DNA from: a bacterium
Lineage (GTDB): Bacteria; UBA8248; JACPRG01; G963555815
Length of the DNA stretch: 64,000 bases
Direction: 5' to 3'
NCBI GenBank assembly: GCA_965261595.1
Contig: CBDHDG010000005.1
Coordinates: 384,001 to 448,000 of the forward strand
This document shows, piece after piece, positions 20,815 through 29,960 of this stretch. The notes under the pieces are model-generated. The model was not told the origin of the DNA and did not search any database. It saw nothing but the letters and a program-made list of their open reading frames with translations. Position 1 is the stretch's first letter, and each line of letters begins with the position of its first letter. The position numbers and the translations under genes were made by a program.

Positions 20815-22212
20815 CTACGCCCACGGCTTGATGTAATCCGCCAGATTAATCTTCTCGATCCATTCCGGAGGGACCTGCGCCCGTTTCGGGAATTCCGTCG
20901 GCGGGGCGGGCCGGGTCGCGTCCATGATGACCTTGGTGTGCATCGTGCCGAGGCCGTCCCGCGTGATGTTGTAGGACGTGGGGTAGACCTTGTTCCCCAT
21001 GCAGTTGGGCATCACGATCAGGTCCCGGTCGGCCTCGAAGCGGCTCATGACGGCCCACAGGACTTCCGGCTCGTTGAACACGTCGATATCGTCGTCCACG
21101 AGGATGACGAGCTTGACGTTGTTCTCGGCCATGAAGGCGGCGAAGGCGGCTTGCTTGGGTTCTCCGTCCACGCTCTTTTTCAGCGAGATGTAGACGTGCG
21201 CCCGGGCGCCCCCGCTCATGGGGACGTTGACCTTCGTGACGCTGGGGACGACTTCCTTGACGCGCCGGTAGATGCTTCCCATCCGCGGCAGGCCCCCGAC
21301 GAAATTATGTTCGGGATGGGCGGCGAAGATGTCGAAGTAGATGGGGTCTTTGCGCATGGTGATGGCCGTCACGTTGATGTACGGCTTCGGGCCGGTCGCG
21401 GTGTAGTACCGGGGCCACTCGCCGAAGGGGCCTTCGTGCTTCATGTCCGACGGATGCACCAGCCCTTCCACGACGATCTCCGCGCGCGCCGGGACCATCA
21501 GGTCGACGGTCGAGGCCGGGACGATTTCCATGGGCTCATTCATCAGACCGCCCGAGCCGTCGAACTCGCCGCCGACGCCGGGATAGCGCGAGATCGCCCC
21601 CATGACCGCCCCGGGGTGATGGCCGATGGCGATGGCGAAGGGCATGGGCTCGTTCATTTCCGAATGGCGCCGCCAGACGTGGTAGCCGTGATGGGCCTCG
21701 TAGATCCAATTGCCCAAGGTCCGGTTGTCGTGGACCTGGTGCCGGTAGATGCCGACGTTGTGCTTGCCGGTCTGCGGGTCTTTGCAAATCCCCAGCCCGG
21801 AGCAGATGAAGGGACCCGCGTCCAGGGCGTTGTGGGTGGTGATCGGAAGCACGGAGAGGTCGGCGTCGTCCCCTGTCAGGACCACCTCTTTGACCGGCCC
21901 GTCGGAGACTTCCACCGGGGGGATGGGGTTCTCCTCACGCTCGCAAAAGGTCTCGACCATCCGGTCCACCGTGGTGTCCAGGGCCATGGCCAGCCGCTCG
22001 TAAGAGGCTGTCAGGTTGATGATGGAGGGGAAGTTCGAGCCCTTGACCTTCTCGAAGTAGACGGCGGGATACCGGTCCGCCCGCTCCAGTTTTTCGACGA
22101 CGGCGGTGAGCTCGTGCTTGGGGTCCACCTCCTTGTCCACGCGGACGATGTCATCGGGCCGCTTCTCCGCGAGTTGGTCGATGAAGGTCCTCAAATCCTT
22201 CGGCATGCTCAT
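20815..22212 (-). CDS. UbiD family (prFMN-dependent) decarboxylase
   Basis: DLRTFI, HNVGIYR, EGPFGEW, VDDDIDV, MDAT. Confidence 0.93.
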   Translation of the reverse strand: MSMPKDLRTFIDQLAEKRPDDIVRVDKEVDPKHELTAVVEKLERADRYPAVYFEKVKGSNFPSIINLTASYERLAMALDTTVDRMVETFCEREENPIPPVEVSDGPVKEVVLTGDDADLSVLPITTHNALDAGPFICSGLGICKDPQTGKHNVGIYRHQVHDNRTLGNWIYEAHHGYHVWRRHSEMNEPMPFAIAIGHHPGAVMGAISRYPGVGGEFDGSGGLMNEPMEIVPASTVDLMVPARAEIVVEGLVHPSDMKHEGPFGEWPRYYTATGPKPYINVTAITMRKDPIYFDIFAAHPEHNFVGGLPRMGSIYRRVKEVVPSVTKVNVPMSGGARAHVYISLKKSVDGEPKQAAFAAFMAENNVKLVILVDDDIDVFNEPEVLWAVMSRFEADRDLIVMPNCMGNKVYPTSYNITRDGLGTMHTKVIMDATRPAPPTEFPKRAQVPPEWIEKINLADYIKPWA

Positions 22213-22413
22213 TCTCCTTTCGGGATGCGCATCTCCCGGCGTCCGGTTCCCGTCGATTATACAGGGAGACGGGGCGCGAGATGGAAACGCCGTGTTATCG
22301 AGTTGGGAGGGCCGGCGGGAGGAGAACGGGAGTATCGGTCAACAAGGTCGGCTGACTTTTCACGGAAGTGTGCCACTGGCGGCTGGTCCGTCAGTGCCGC
22401 CTTTGCCCTAAGT

Positions 22414-22473
22414 TGTCATTCCGAGCGGGGGGTTTCAGACCCCGAGGGTCCACCGACCCCGAGGAGGAATCTC
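22414..22473 (+). repeat. TGTCA-type REP-like palindromic element
   Basis: TGTCATTCCGAGCG...GAGGAATCTC architecture with internal hairpins; single copy in the window. Confidence 0.5.
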
Positions 22474-22543
22474 GCGGTGGTGCTCCCGTTTTTTTTTGAT
22501 CTCATCCTCGAACTCCGCTAACATTTCCGCTGTCTGATCCGAA

Positions 22544-23113
22544 ATGACGAAGATGCCAATAGAGGGGTTCGGCATGAGGTCGTTCGCGCGGGGAGCGGCG
22601 GTTTCGGTTCTGGGGGCCCTCTTTCTCTCATCGGCGCTGTTCGCCCAATCGCTGACCGTCCGGGTCCCGAAAGGCAACGTCCGCGCCTGGTCGGAGACCA
22701 CTTCCCCGATCATCGGCAAAATCAAAAAAGGCGAGCGGTACGATGTAGAAGCCCGGCCGGGCGACTGGTTCAAGATCCTCCTGGAGACGGGCCGGGAGGG
22801 CTGGGTCTTCAAGTCGCTCGTCGAGGTCTCCGGTAAGCGCTCCATCGGCGTCGTGCCTTCGGGTCCCGCACCATCCGCCTCCCGGCCCTACGGCGAATCC
22901 TGGGCGCTGGTCGTCGGGATCAACCGGTACAGGAAGCAATCCCTCCGCCTGAGCTACGCCGTCAACGACGCCCGGGCCGTCGTTTCGGCCCTCGTGAAGA
23001 TCGGCTTTTCGCAAAATCGCATCACACTGTTGGAAGACGGCCGGGCGACGGGCCTTGCCGTCCGGCGGGGCTTTGACCATTTGAGGCTGAACACGAAGCC
23101 CGAGGGGAATTAA
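22544..23113 (+). pseudogene. Signal peptide + SH3b + caspase (peptidase C14) domain protein, truncated by a repeat insertion
   Basis: SH3b WFKI..TGREGWV; C14 N-terminus WALVVGINRY..LSYAVNDA..LEDGRAT; stops in a GGGGAATTAA repeat before the expected FxGHG motif. Confidence 0.78.
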
Positions 23114-23187
23114 GGGGACACCCCGAGGGGAATTAAGGGGAATTAAGGGGACACCATACTTAATTTTCAAATAGGTATGGTGTCCCC
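23102..23187. repeat. Stuttered GGGGAATTAAGGGGACACC repeats plus a 13-bp inverted repeat (REP-like)
   Basis: Three AATTAAGGGG units; GGGGACACCATAC (23147-23159) / GTATGGTGTCCCC (23175-23187). Confidence 0.8.
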
Positions 23188-23236
23188 ATGATTCTTCGAC
23201 CGCTGCACACTCTACCCATTCAGTTGATATTGTCCA

Positions 23237-24115
23237 CTAGAAGCCCTGCCAATAGCGACGCCCTTCCACGCGCACCAATTGACCGAAGCCCGGCTCGGGA
23301 AAGTGGCAAGCGACCAGCGTGGCTTGCTCCGCCTCTACTCGGTCGAAGACTTGGCGCCGGACCTGTGCGGCCAGCGCCGGGTCCATATCGAAGTGGAACG
23401 ACCAGTCGGTCTCGGTCACCTGCGCTGGATGGATGGCCACGTCGCCCATAATCAGAGCCCGCTGCCCTCCGGATTCGATGGCCAGGCACATGTGGCCTGC
23501 CGTATGGCCTGGGGTCGGAATCGCCGTGATCTCGCTGGTCAGGGCATGCTCGTCTGCGATGAGATCGAGCACCCCCAGGGCTTCCAGCGGAGCGAGGGTT
23601 TCCTCCCAGTACTGAAAGGGGTGTGTGGCCCGCACCTCGGGCCGCTGAAAGGCTTCCCAGTCAGCCTGATGAACGACGTAACGGGCCTGGGGAAATGTCG
23701 GCCTTGGGTTGGCCCCTGCCTGACTCAGGTTCCAGCCGACGTGATCCGGGTGTAAATGGGTGAAAAACACCGTGTCCACCTCGTCGGGGCGCACACCGGC
23801 AGCTTGCAACTCTTCCATGAGCCGCCCATCCACCCCACCCGCGAGCGTGGTGACCATCCCCGGGTTGGTGGCCTTGCTCCCGATGCCGGTATCCACCAGA
23901 ATCGTCCTCCCTTGCGAGCGCAACAGGTAACACCCGAAATGGTTGTGCCAGGTATCGGGGCCACTGAACACCTCCGGGTAGCGCTGCCGGAACGGGACCC
24001 AGTCCTCCGCCGGAACGTTGGGAAAGAGTTCACTTAAGGGGATGGGGAAATCGAGTTCACTATCGGTGAGGGCCAATACCTCTACACGACCAACGAACAG
24101 TTTGCTTTCCGCCAT
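23237..24115 (-). CDS. MBL-fold metallo-hydrolase (YtnP/quorum-quenching lactonase-like)
   Basis: LVDTG, THLHPDHVG, TPGHTAGH, GD, CHF; GGAGG RBS. Confidence 0.92.
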   Translation of the reverse strand: MAESKLFVGRVEVLALTDSELDFPIPLSELFPNVPAEDWVPFRQRYPEVFSGPDTWHNHFGCYLLRSQGRTILVDTGIGSKATNPGMVTTLAGGVDGRLMEELQAAGVRPDEVDTVFFTHLHPDHVGWNLSQAGANPRPTFPQARYVVHQADWEAFQRPEVRATHPFQYWEETLAPLEALGVLDLIADEHALTSEITAIPTPGHTAGHMCLAIESGGQRALIMGDVAIHPAQVTETDWSFHFDMDPALAAQVRRQVFDRVEAEQATLVACHFPEPGFGQLVRVEGRRYWQGF

Positions 24116-24378
24116 GATTATGTACCTCCCTGCGGATATTCTGGATTAGATTCAGAGAAATTCGAAATCATACCTTCGGCGGGGGGGCAAGTGAACAAGA
24201 AAACGGGTTGATTCCGGGATTGTGCGGAAGGAGGGAAGCAGCAATAGCGGGCCAGCAGGAATGCTCAGGACGGCGAACTTTGATCGCCTGTGGGTGGTCT
24301 ATAATTCCGAAGCGTGTGTTTGTTTTTTTGCGACGGCTTGCCCCAAAGGGGCGAGCCATCTAACAGGAGGCATTGAAA

Positions 24379-24618
24379 ATGAAGAAAGCGGCTATCGGGA
24401 TGCTGGTGGTTTTGACTTTGACACTCGGGTCGGCCACGCGCGGAGAGAGCGCGAAGGTTCTCGGTTGCATCACCCAGTTCTCCAACTGGGTAAGGAGTAA
24501 CGGTCAACTTATTCTCAGGGTGGAAGTCGGGAACAAGTGGTTTGTTTTCCATCCGGCCGTGGTAAAGATGGGTGGTGGTAGCAGTGTGTGGTTGACCCGT
24601 GCTCAAATGGTCGCATGA
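24379..24618 (+). CDS. Small exported hypothetical protein
   Basis: AGGAGG RBS at 24365; MKKAAIGMLVVLTLTLG signal-like N-terminus. Confidence 0.55.
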   Translation: MKKAAIGMLVVLTLTLGSATRGESAKVLGCITQFSNWVRSNGQLILRVEVGNKWFVFHPAVVKMGGGSSVWLTRAQMVA

Positions 24619-24898
24619 GAGCCGCTAGTGGCGAACTTACGCGCGGCAGCTCACGCTAAGGTTAATGTCCAGGTCCGGTATCACGATCGTACGAAGGTGG
24701 TTAGCGATTTCCAGATGCATTTTGATCGGCGCTGCCGGTGAGGGGCGGTTCGCCTAGAGCCAGTCGGGCAATCGGCTGATCGACGGGTAGTGCGAACGCC
24801 ACGATGGGGCCACAGTACTAATCCAGCACCCGATTGAAAAAGGGGGCGAGTGCGCAATGGCGTCGATGGAAGCTCCCCGTCTCCCCACGATCCCCCCG

Positions 24899-24921
24899 GT
24901 AGGGCGGGCATCCTGCCCGCC
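24899..24921 (+). repeat. GTAG-type REP palindrome
   Basis: GTAGGGCGGGCATCCTGCCCGCC. Confidence 0.6.
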
Positions 24922-24976
24922 TCGCCTGACTTTTCACTCGTGCAACCTGAGCCCGCGGTCGTGTGGGTCCGAACGT

Positions 24977-25218
24977 TGAAAAATAGATCTGTCCCCTTTT
25001 TCCACTCCCCTTTTTCCACTCCTGGTGATTAAGACGCAACTGATTGATTTTTTGTGAGTTGTAAGGTGAAACCCGACCTCGCCCGTTTCTCTCGGCGTCA
25101 GCTAAAAACTGAACTCCCAACTTGGATTGAAGGCTTGCGAAAGGCGGCTAATACCGCCGGCCTCGCTGGTTCGATCACTCCGCCTTTCCCGATATGAAAA
25201 ATAGATCTGTCCCCTTTT
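24977..25218 (+). repeat. 24-bp direct repeat TGAAAAATAGATCTGTCCCCTTTT (two copies)
   Basis: Identical at 24977-25000 and 25195-25218; the first copy overlaps a tandem 14-mer CCCCTTTTTCCACT x2. Confidence 0.85.
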
Positions 25219-25328
25219 CCTTGCGATAGAGGGCGGCCCATTCGGGCCGCCCTCTATCGCCAAACGAAAGTTTTCGAGGGGGGGAGGATTGGGGGAGGGG
25301 CAGTTTTCAAAATGCCCCCCCCCCAAGG
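25219..25328 (+). repeat. Dispersed two-hairpin element, copy 1
   Basis: GCGATAG-AGG-GCGGCCC loop GGGCCGC-CCT-CTATCGC, linker CAAACGAAAGTTTTCG, second G/C hairpin around TTTTCAAAA. Confidence 0.8.
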
Positions 25329-25330
25329 TT

Positions 25331-26905
25331 TTAATCTTTTTCCCGGAGCCTGAACCTCTGGATCTTCCCCGTGGCGGTCTTGGGGAGGGCGTTGACGAAC
25401 TCGTACCAGCGGGGCCGCTTGTAGGCGGCGATCTTCTCCCGGACGAACGCCGTCAGCTCCTCGGCCAGGGCGTCCGACCCCTCTCCCTGGTGACCCTCGG
25501 CCAGGACGACGCACGCCTTGGGCTTGATGAGGCCGTCGTCGTCCTCTTGGCCGATGACGCCCGCTTCCAGGACGGCGGGGTGCGCGATGAGCGTGTTCTC
25601 GACCTCGACGGGCGAGACCCAGATGCCGCCGACCTTGAGCATGTCGTCCGACCGACCGCTGTACCAATAGTGGCCCTCTTCGTCTCGGGTGTACTTGTCG
25701 CCCGAGACGAACCACTCGCCGCGCATGGATTGCTTGGACTGCTCGTGCTTGTTCCAGTAGAAGGGAGAGCCGCTTTCGCCCTTCACCCAGAGGTTTCCGA
25801 TCTCGCCCTCCGGGACGGGCCGACCCTCCTCGTCCACGATCTTCACCTCGTAGCCGGGGACGGGCGTGCCGCTGCTGCCGGGCTTCACCCGGCCCGCCCG
25901 GTTCGACAGATAGATGTGGAGCATCTCGGTCGAGCCGATGCCATCGAGGATCTCGACGCCGAACCGTTTTTTCCACTGGTTGAAGAGCTCGGCAGGCAGG
26001 GACTCGCCGGCCGAGACGCAGAGGCGGAGCGAGCTCAAGTCGTAGCGGTCCTCGGCGTCCTTGATCTGAAGCATCGCGGCGTACATCGTCGGCACGCAGT
26101 AGAAGAGCGTCGGTTTCTCGCGGTCGATGACCTGGAACATCTCCTCCGGCTTGGGCGGACCGGGGTGGAGGACGCAGGACCCCCCCACGCGGAAGGGGAA
26201 GTAGAGGTTGTTCCCCAGGCCGTAAGCGAAGAAGAGCTTCGCCACCGAGAACGTGCGGTCGGCCTCGCCGATGTCGAGGACGTTGCGGGCGTACAGGTCG
26301 GCGCAATGGATCATGTCGTGGTGGAGGTGCACGGCCCCCTTGGGAAAGCCCGTCGACCCGGAGCTGTAGAGCCAGAACGCGGCCTCGTCCCTGTGCGTCC
26401 CGGCGGGATCGAGGTCGTCCGGTTGGCCATCCACGAAGTCGTCGTACGAGACTTCGCCATCGCCCGGATCGCCGACGACGATGACGTGTTCCGGGAAATT
26501 CAGCCCGGCGCGGATCTCCCGGACCTCTCCCATCAGCCGTTCGTGGGCGATGAGCGCGCGGGCGCGAGAATCGTCGAACAGGTAACGGTAGTCGGCCGCT
26601 TTGAGGAGGGTGTTGATGGGGATGGGGACGGCGCCGATCCGCATCGTCCCGAAGAACGACGCGGCGAACTCCGGCGAGTCCGGAAGCAGGAGGAGCACCC
26701 GTTGCTCGCGCTGGACGCCGATCGAGAGCAGGGCGTTGCCCAGGCGGTTAACCATCCGCCCGACCTGAAGGTAGGAGAAGGTCTGTCCCTCGTAGTGGAT
26801 GGCGGTCCGATCACCCCGGCCGGCGGCCAGGTTCTCGTCGATGAAGGTCGTCGAGGCGTTGTAGGTTTCGGGGATGGATGCGGCCACGGTTTCGGCGTCC
26901 CACAT
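25331..26905 (-). CDS. Benzoate-CoA ligase family protein
   Basis: AAGGAGG RBS; FWLYSSGSTGFPKG, AKLFFAYGLGN, SAGE, DGIGSTEMLHI, PKTATGKIQR. Confidence 0.92.
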   Translation of the reverse strand: MWDAETVAASIPETYNASTTFIDENLAAGRGDRTAIHYEGQTFSYLQVGRMVNRLGNALLSIGVQREQRVLLLLPDSPEFAASFFGTMRIGAVPIPINTLLKAADYRYLFDDSRARALIAHERLMGEVREIRAGLNFPEHVIVVGDPGDGEVSYDDFVDGQPDDLDPAGTHRDEAAFWLYSSGSTGFPKGAVHLHHDMIHCADLYARNVLDIGEADRTFSVAKLFFAYGLGNNLYFPFRVGGSCVLHPGPPKPEEMFQVIDREKPTLFYCVPTMYAAMLQIKDAEDRYDLSSLRLCVSAGESLPAELFNQWKKRFGVEILDGIGSTEMLHIYLSNRAGRVKPGSSGTPVPGYEVKIVDEEGRPVPEGEIGNLWVKGESGSPFYWNKHEQSKQSMRGEWFVSGDKYTRDEEGHYWYSGRSDDMLKVGGIWVSPVEVENTLIAHPAVLEAGVIGQEDDDGLIKPKACVVLAEGHQGEGSDALAEELTAFVREKIAAYKRPRWYEFVNALPKTATGKIQRFRLREKD

Positions 26906-26992
26906 GGTGCACCTCCTTGCGGGATAAAGGGCGATCGGGGGGCGGGGAGGGGGGGGACTCTCGTTGCCGAAACCCGTATACCCTATCTCCTC

Positions 26993-27042
26993 GGGGGTTT
27001 GCAAACCCTATTTTACGGGGGGTTTGCAAACCCTATTTTACG
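26993..27042. repeat. Perfect 25-bp tandem repeat containing palindrome GGGTTTGCAAACCC, in a divergent promoter region
   Basis: GGGGGTTTGCAAACCCTATTTTACG at 26993-27017 and 27018-27042. Confidence 0.85.
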
Positions 27043-27223
27043 GATGGATGGAAGGAGAGCCCATTTGGTTATTTCCTGTCAATGGTTTAATATGCAAATG
27101 CCGTAATATTCTTGAATAGAAGTATCACACGGGTTTTGTTCGAGCCGGGACCGACCCGGTCTGGGGACCGCCCGGTCTGGGAACGCGCCCCGGTCTTGTG
27201 AGGATGCTTTCAGGAGGAATGTC

Positions 27224-28018
27224 ATGCAGGACAACGCGAAACTGGTTTCCCTCGATAAAGAAGACGGGGTGGCGTACTTGACGCTGAATGATCCCCCGGC
27301 GAACACGTACACCCACGAGATGATGCGTCAGCTTGATGATGCCATCCTGGACGCGCGCTTCGACGATTCGGTCTCGGTGATCGTCCTGTGGGGGGAAGGC
27401 GAGAAGTTTTTCTGCGCGGGGGCGAACATCGGCATGCTCAACGAAGTCACGCCCAAGTTCAAGTATTACTTCTGCCTGCACGCCAACGAGACCCTGAACC
27501 GCCTGGAGCAGACCCCCAAGCTGGTCATCGCGGCGCTGAACGGCCACACCGTCGGCGGCGGGCTCGAGATCGCGATGGCCGCCGACATCCGCGTCGCCAA
27601 GAAAGACGGCGGCAAGATCGGCCTGCCCGAGGTGGGCCTGGGCGTTCTGCCGGGCACCGGCGGCACGCAGCGCCTGCCCCGGATCATCGGAAAGGCCCAG
27701 GCCATCGAGCTCATGGTCACCGGCCGGACCTTCGGATTCGATGAGGCCCGGGAGATGGGGCTGGTCAACGCGATTTTCGAGGCCGATGGTTTCCGGGAAC
27801 AGGTCAAGGAGTACGCCCGGACGTTCGCCCCGCCCAACAAGGCCTCCAAGGCGGTCGGGCACATCAAGCGGTGCGTCCAGTCGGGACTGGAGGCCTCTTT
27901 CGGGGACGGCCTCGCCATCGAGCGCGAGCTTCAGCAGATCCTGTTCCAGAGCGAAGACGCCAAGGAAGGGATCGCGGCCTACACCGAAAAGAGGACCGCC
28001 AAGTTCTCCGGAGACTGA
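27224..28018 (+). CDS. Enoyl-CoA hydratase/isomerase, divergent from benzoate-CoA ligase
   Basis: FFCAGAN, GHTVGGGLE, GLPEVGLGVLPGTGGTQRL; both catalytic Glu present; AGGAGG RBS. Confidence 0.93.
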   Translation: MQDNAKLVSLDKEDGVAYLTLNDPPANTYTHEMMRQLDDAILDARFDDSVSVIVLWGEGEKFFCAGANIGMLNEVTPKFKYYFCLHANETLNRLEQTPKLVIAALNGHTVGGGLEIAMAADIRVAKKDGGKIGLPEVGLGVLPGTGGTQRLPRIIGKAQAIELMVTGRTFGFDEAREMGLVNAIFEADGFREQVKEYARTFAPPNKASKAVGHIKRCVQSGLEASFGDGLAIERELQQILFQSEDAKEGIAAYTEKRTAKFSGD

Positions 28019-28191
28019 TTGTTACTCGGCCGGGGCTCGGCCGGCCGATTCGATGAAGCGGGCGCGGCCGGATGCGCGCCCGTTTTTTGCGTCCCGATCC
28101 GGAGTTTCCCGCTCACCGACCCGTGCGCCAGCGGTCCACCTCTTACCCTGATCGTGGAGAGATGGGCGGGGGGAGAGAGGGGAGAGGACGG

Positions 28192-29061
28192 TTACTTCCG
28201 CCGGCCCTGTTCGTCGTACGTGTAGACGCCCCGGCCGGTCTTTCGGCCCAGCCGGCCGGCGGCGACGTGCTTCAGATGGATGGGGGTGGGGCGGTAGCGG
28301 TCGCCGAGGGTTTTCTGGAGGTGTTCGAGGATGTGCAGGCGCGTGTCGAGGCCGACCATGTCCACCATCTCCAGCGGCCCCATCGGGTGGTTGAGCCCCA
28401 GGCGGACGGCGGTGTCGATGTCCTCGGCCGAGGCGACCCCTTCCTGAAGCATCCGGAAGGCCTCGTTGCCCACCAGGGCGTTGACGCGCGACGTGATGAA
28501 GCCGGGGGACTCGTTGACGACGACCGTCTCCTTCCCCATCCCGCGCGAGACCTCCTCGGCCGTCCGGATGGATTCCTCCGAGGATTCGAGCCCCCGGATG
28601 ATCTCGACCAGCCTCATGATGTGGGGCGGGTTGAAGAAGTGCATGCCCAGGACGCGGTCGGGGCGGCTCGTCGCCCCACCCATCTCGGTGACGCTCAGGG
28701 CGGAGGTGTTGGACGCCAGGATGGCGTGGCCCGGGGCGATGCGGTCGAGCCGGCCGAACAGGTCGAGCTTCGCGGCCATGTCCTCGACGACGGCCTCGAT
28801 GACCAGGTCGGCGCCCGACGCGGCCTCTTCCAGGTCGAGCGTGAAGGTGAGACGGCCGAGGGCGGCCTTCATCTCGTCCTCAGTGACTTTGCCCCGCTCG
28901 ACGCCTTTTTGAAGGTTGCGCCGGATGGCGTCCAGGCCTTTTTCAAGGAAAGCCGCGTCGAGGTCCAGGAGGCAGGTCGCATAACCGCCCAGCGCCGCGA
29001 CGTGGGCGATCCCGCCCCCCATGATCCCGGCCCCGATGACGGCGATTCGTTTGACTTCCAC
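28192..29061 (-). CDS. 3-hydroxyacyl-CoA dehydrogenase (Hbd/PaaH-like)
   Basis: IGAGIMGGGIA, IEAVVE, ASNTS, GMHFFNP, HPMGP, GRKTGRG; GTG start 29061. Confidence 0.92.
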   Translation of the reverse strand: MEVKRIAVIGAGIMGGGIAHVAALGGYATCLLDLDAAFLEKGLDAIRRNLQKGVERGKVTEDEMKAALGRLTFTLDLEEAASGADLVIEAVVEDMAAKLDLFGRLDRIAPGHAILASNTSALSVTEMGGATSRPDRVLGMHFFNPPHIMRLVEIIRGLESSEESIRTAEEVSRGMGKETVVVNESPGFITSRVNALVGNEAFRMLQEGVASAEDIDTAVRLGLNHPMGPLEMVDMVGLDTRLHILEHLQKTLGDRYRPTPIHLKHVAAGRLGRKTGRGVYTYDEQGRRK

Positions 29062-29302
29062 GGCGTGTCCGTCCTTTGCCGGAACCGGATCGCCGAAGCG
29101 TCCGCGGGGGTTATCGCGTCGCGGCGCCCGGCGCGGAGAAGGTGGGCCGCGCCCGGACATGACGTTCGGGCTTGATGTGCGGGAAAGTATAGCATAAGCT
29201 TCCCGTGGCCCATGGGCCACCGGATGGCGGCGAAACCCGCCGTTGTCCGTCCCTTTGCCGGAGATTTTCGTGCCGGAGGCTCTAGTGCCGGAGGCTCTCG
29301 GG

Positions 29303-29827
29303 ATGCGCGCGGCGCCGGGAAGATCGGTCGTCGAGACGGAGCGGCTGCTCCTGCGCCCCCTTGCGCCCGCTGACCTGGAGGATTTCGCGGCGATCTTTTC
29401 CGACCCGGAGGTCACCCGCTATCTGGGGTACGACGCCGGGGACTACGGCCGAAGCAGACGGGAGCTCGAGTTCTGGATCGATGCCCATGAGCGCCGGGGG
29501 ACCGGCATGTCGGGGGTGGTGCATAAGGCCGACGGGAGGCTGATTGGACGGTGCGGGTTCGCGCCCTGGGAGCTGGACGGCATGCGGGAGATCGAGCTGA
29601 GCTTTGTCCTGAACCGGTCTTATTGGGGACAGGGGATCGCGACGGAGGCGGTCGCCGCCCTTCGCGATCACGGATTTCAGGCTTGCGGCTTCCAGCGGCT
29701 GGTCTCGCTTCTCCATCCCGACAACACCGCCTCGGAGCGCGTCGCCCGAAAGGTCGGGATGACGTTCGAGCGGGACGTCCACTCGGTCACGCAGAGCCTT
29801 TCGCTCTTCGCCGTCCACCGGCCGTAG
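29303..29827 (+). CDS. GNAT N-acetyltransferase (RimJ/RimL-like)
   Basis: ETERLLLRP, YWGQGIATEA, NTASERVARKVGM. Confidence 0.88.
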   Translation: MRAAPGRSVVETERLLLRPLAPADLEDFAAIFSDPEVTRYLGYDAGDYGRSRRELEFWIDAHERRGTGMSGVVHKADGRLIGRCGFAPWELDGMREIELSFVLNRSYWGQGIATEAVAALRDHGFQACGFQRLVSLLHPDNTASERVARKVGMTFERDVHSVTQSLSLFAVHRP

Positions 29828-29960
29828 CCAAAAACGAAGCCGCTCCGGGCTTGTTTTCGCTCGATCAAAACGATCTGGGGGGAAAGGGTGATGGCCGGGC
29901 GTCGTTTTGCGTTCATCGAAATGGTATTCTCGTCCGCACGAAGTCTTTGGAGAGGTTGAG

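Noticed and set aside
24350..24720. Integron cassette (attC) around the small exported ORF
   Set aside because: No complete RYYYAAC...GTTRRRY palindrome could be traced and no integrase is present.
23102..27042. Short direct repeats as a CRISPR array
   Set aside because: Only 2-3 copies, no regular unique spacers and no cas genes.
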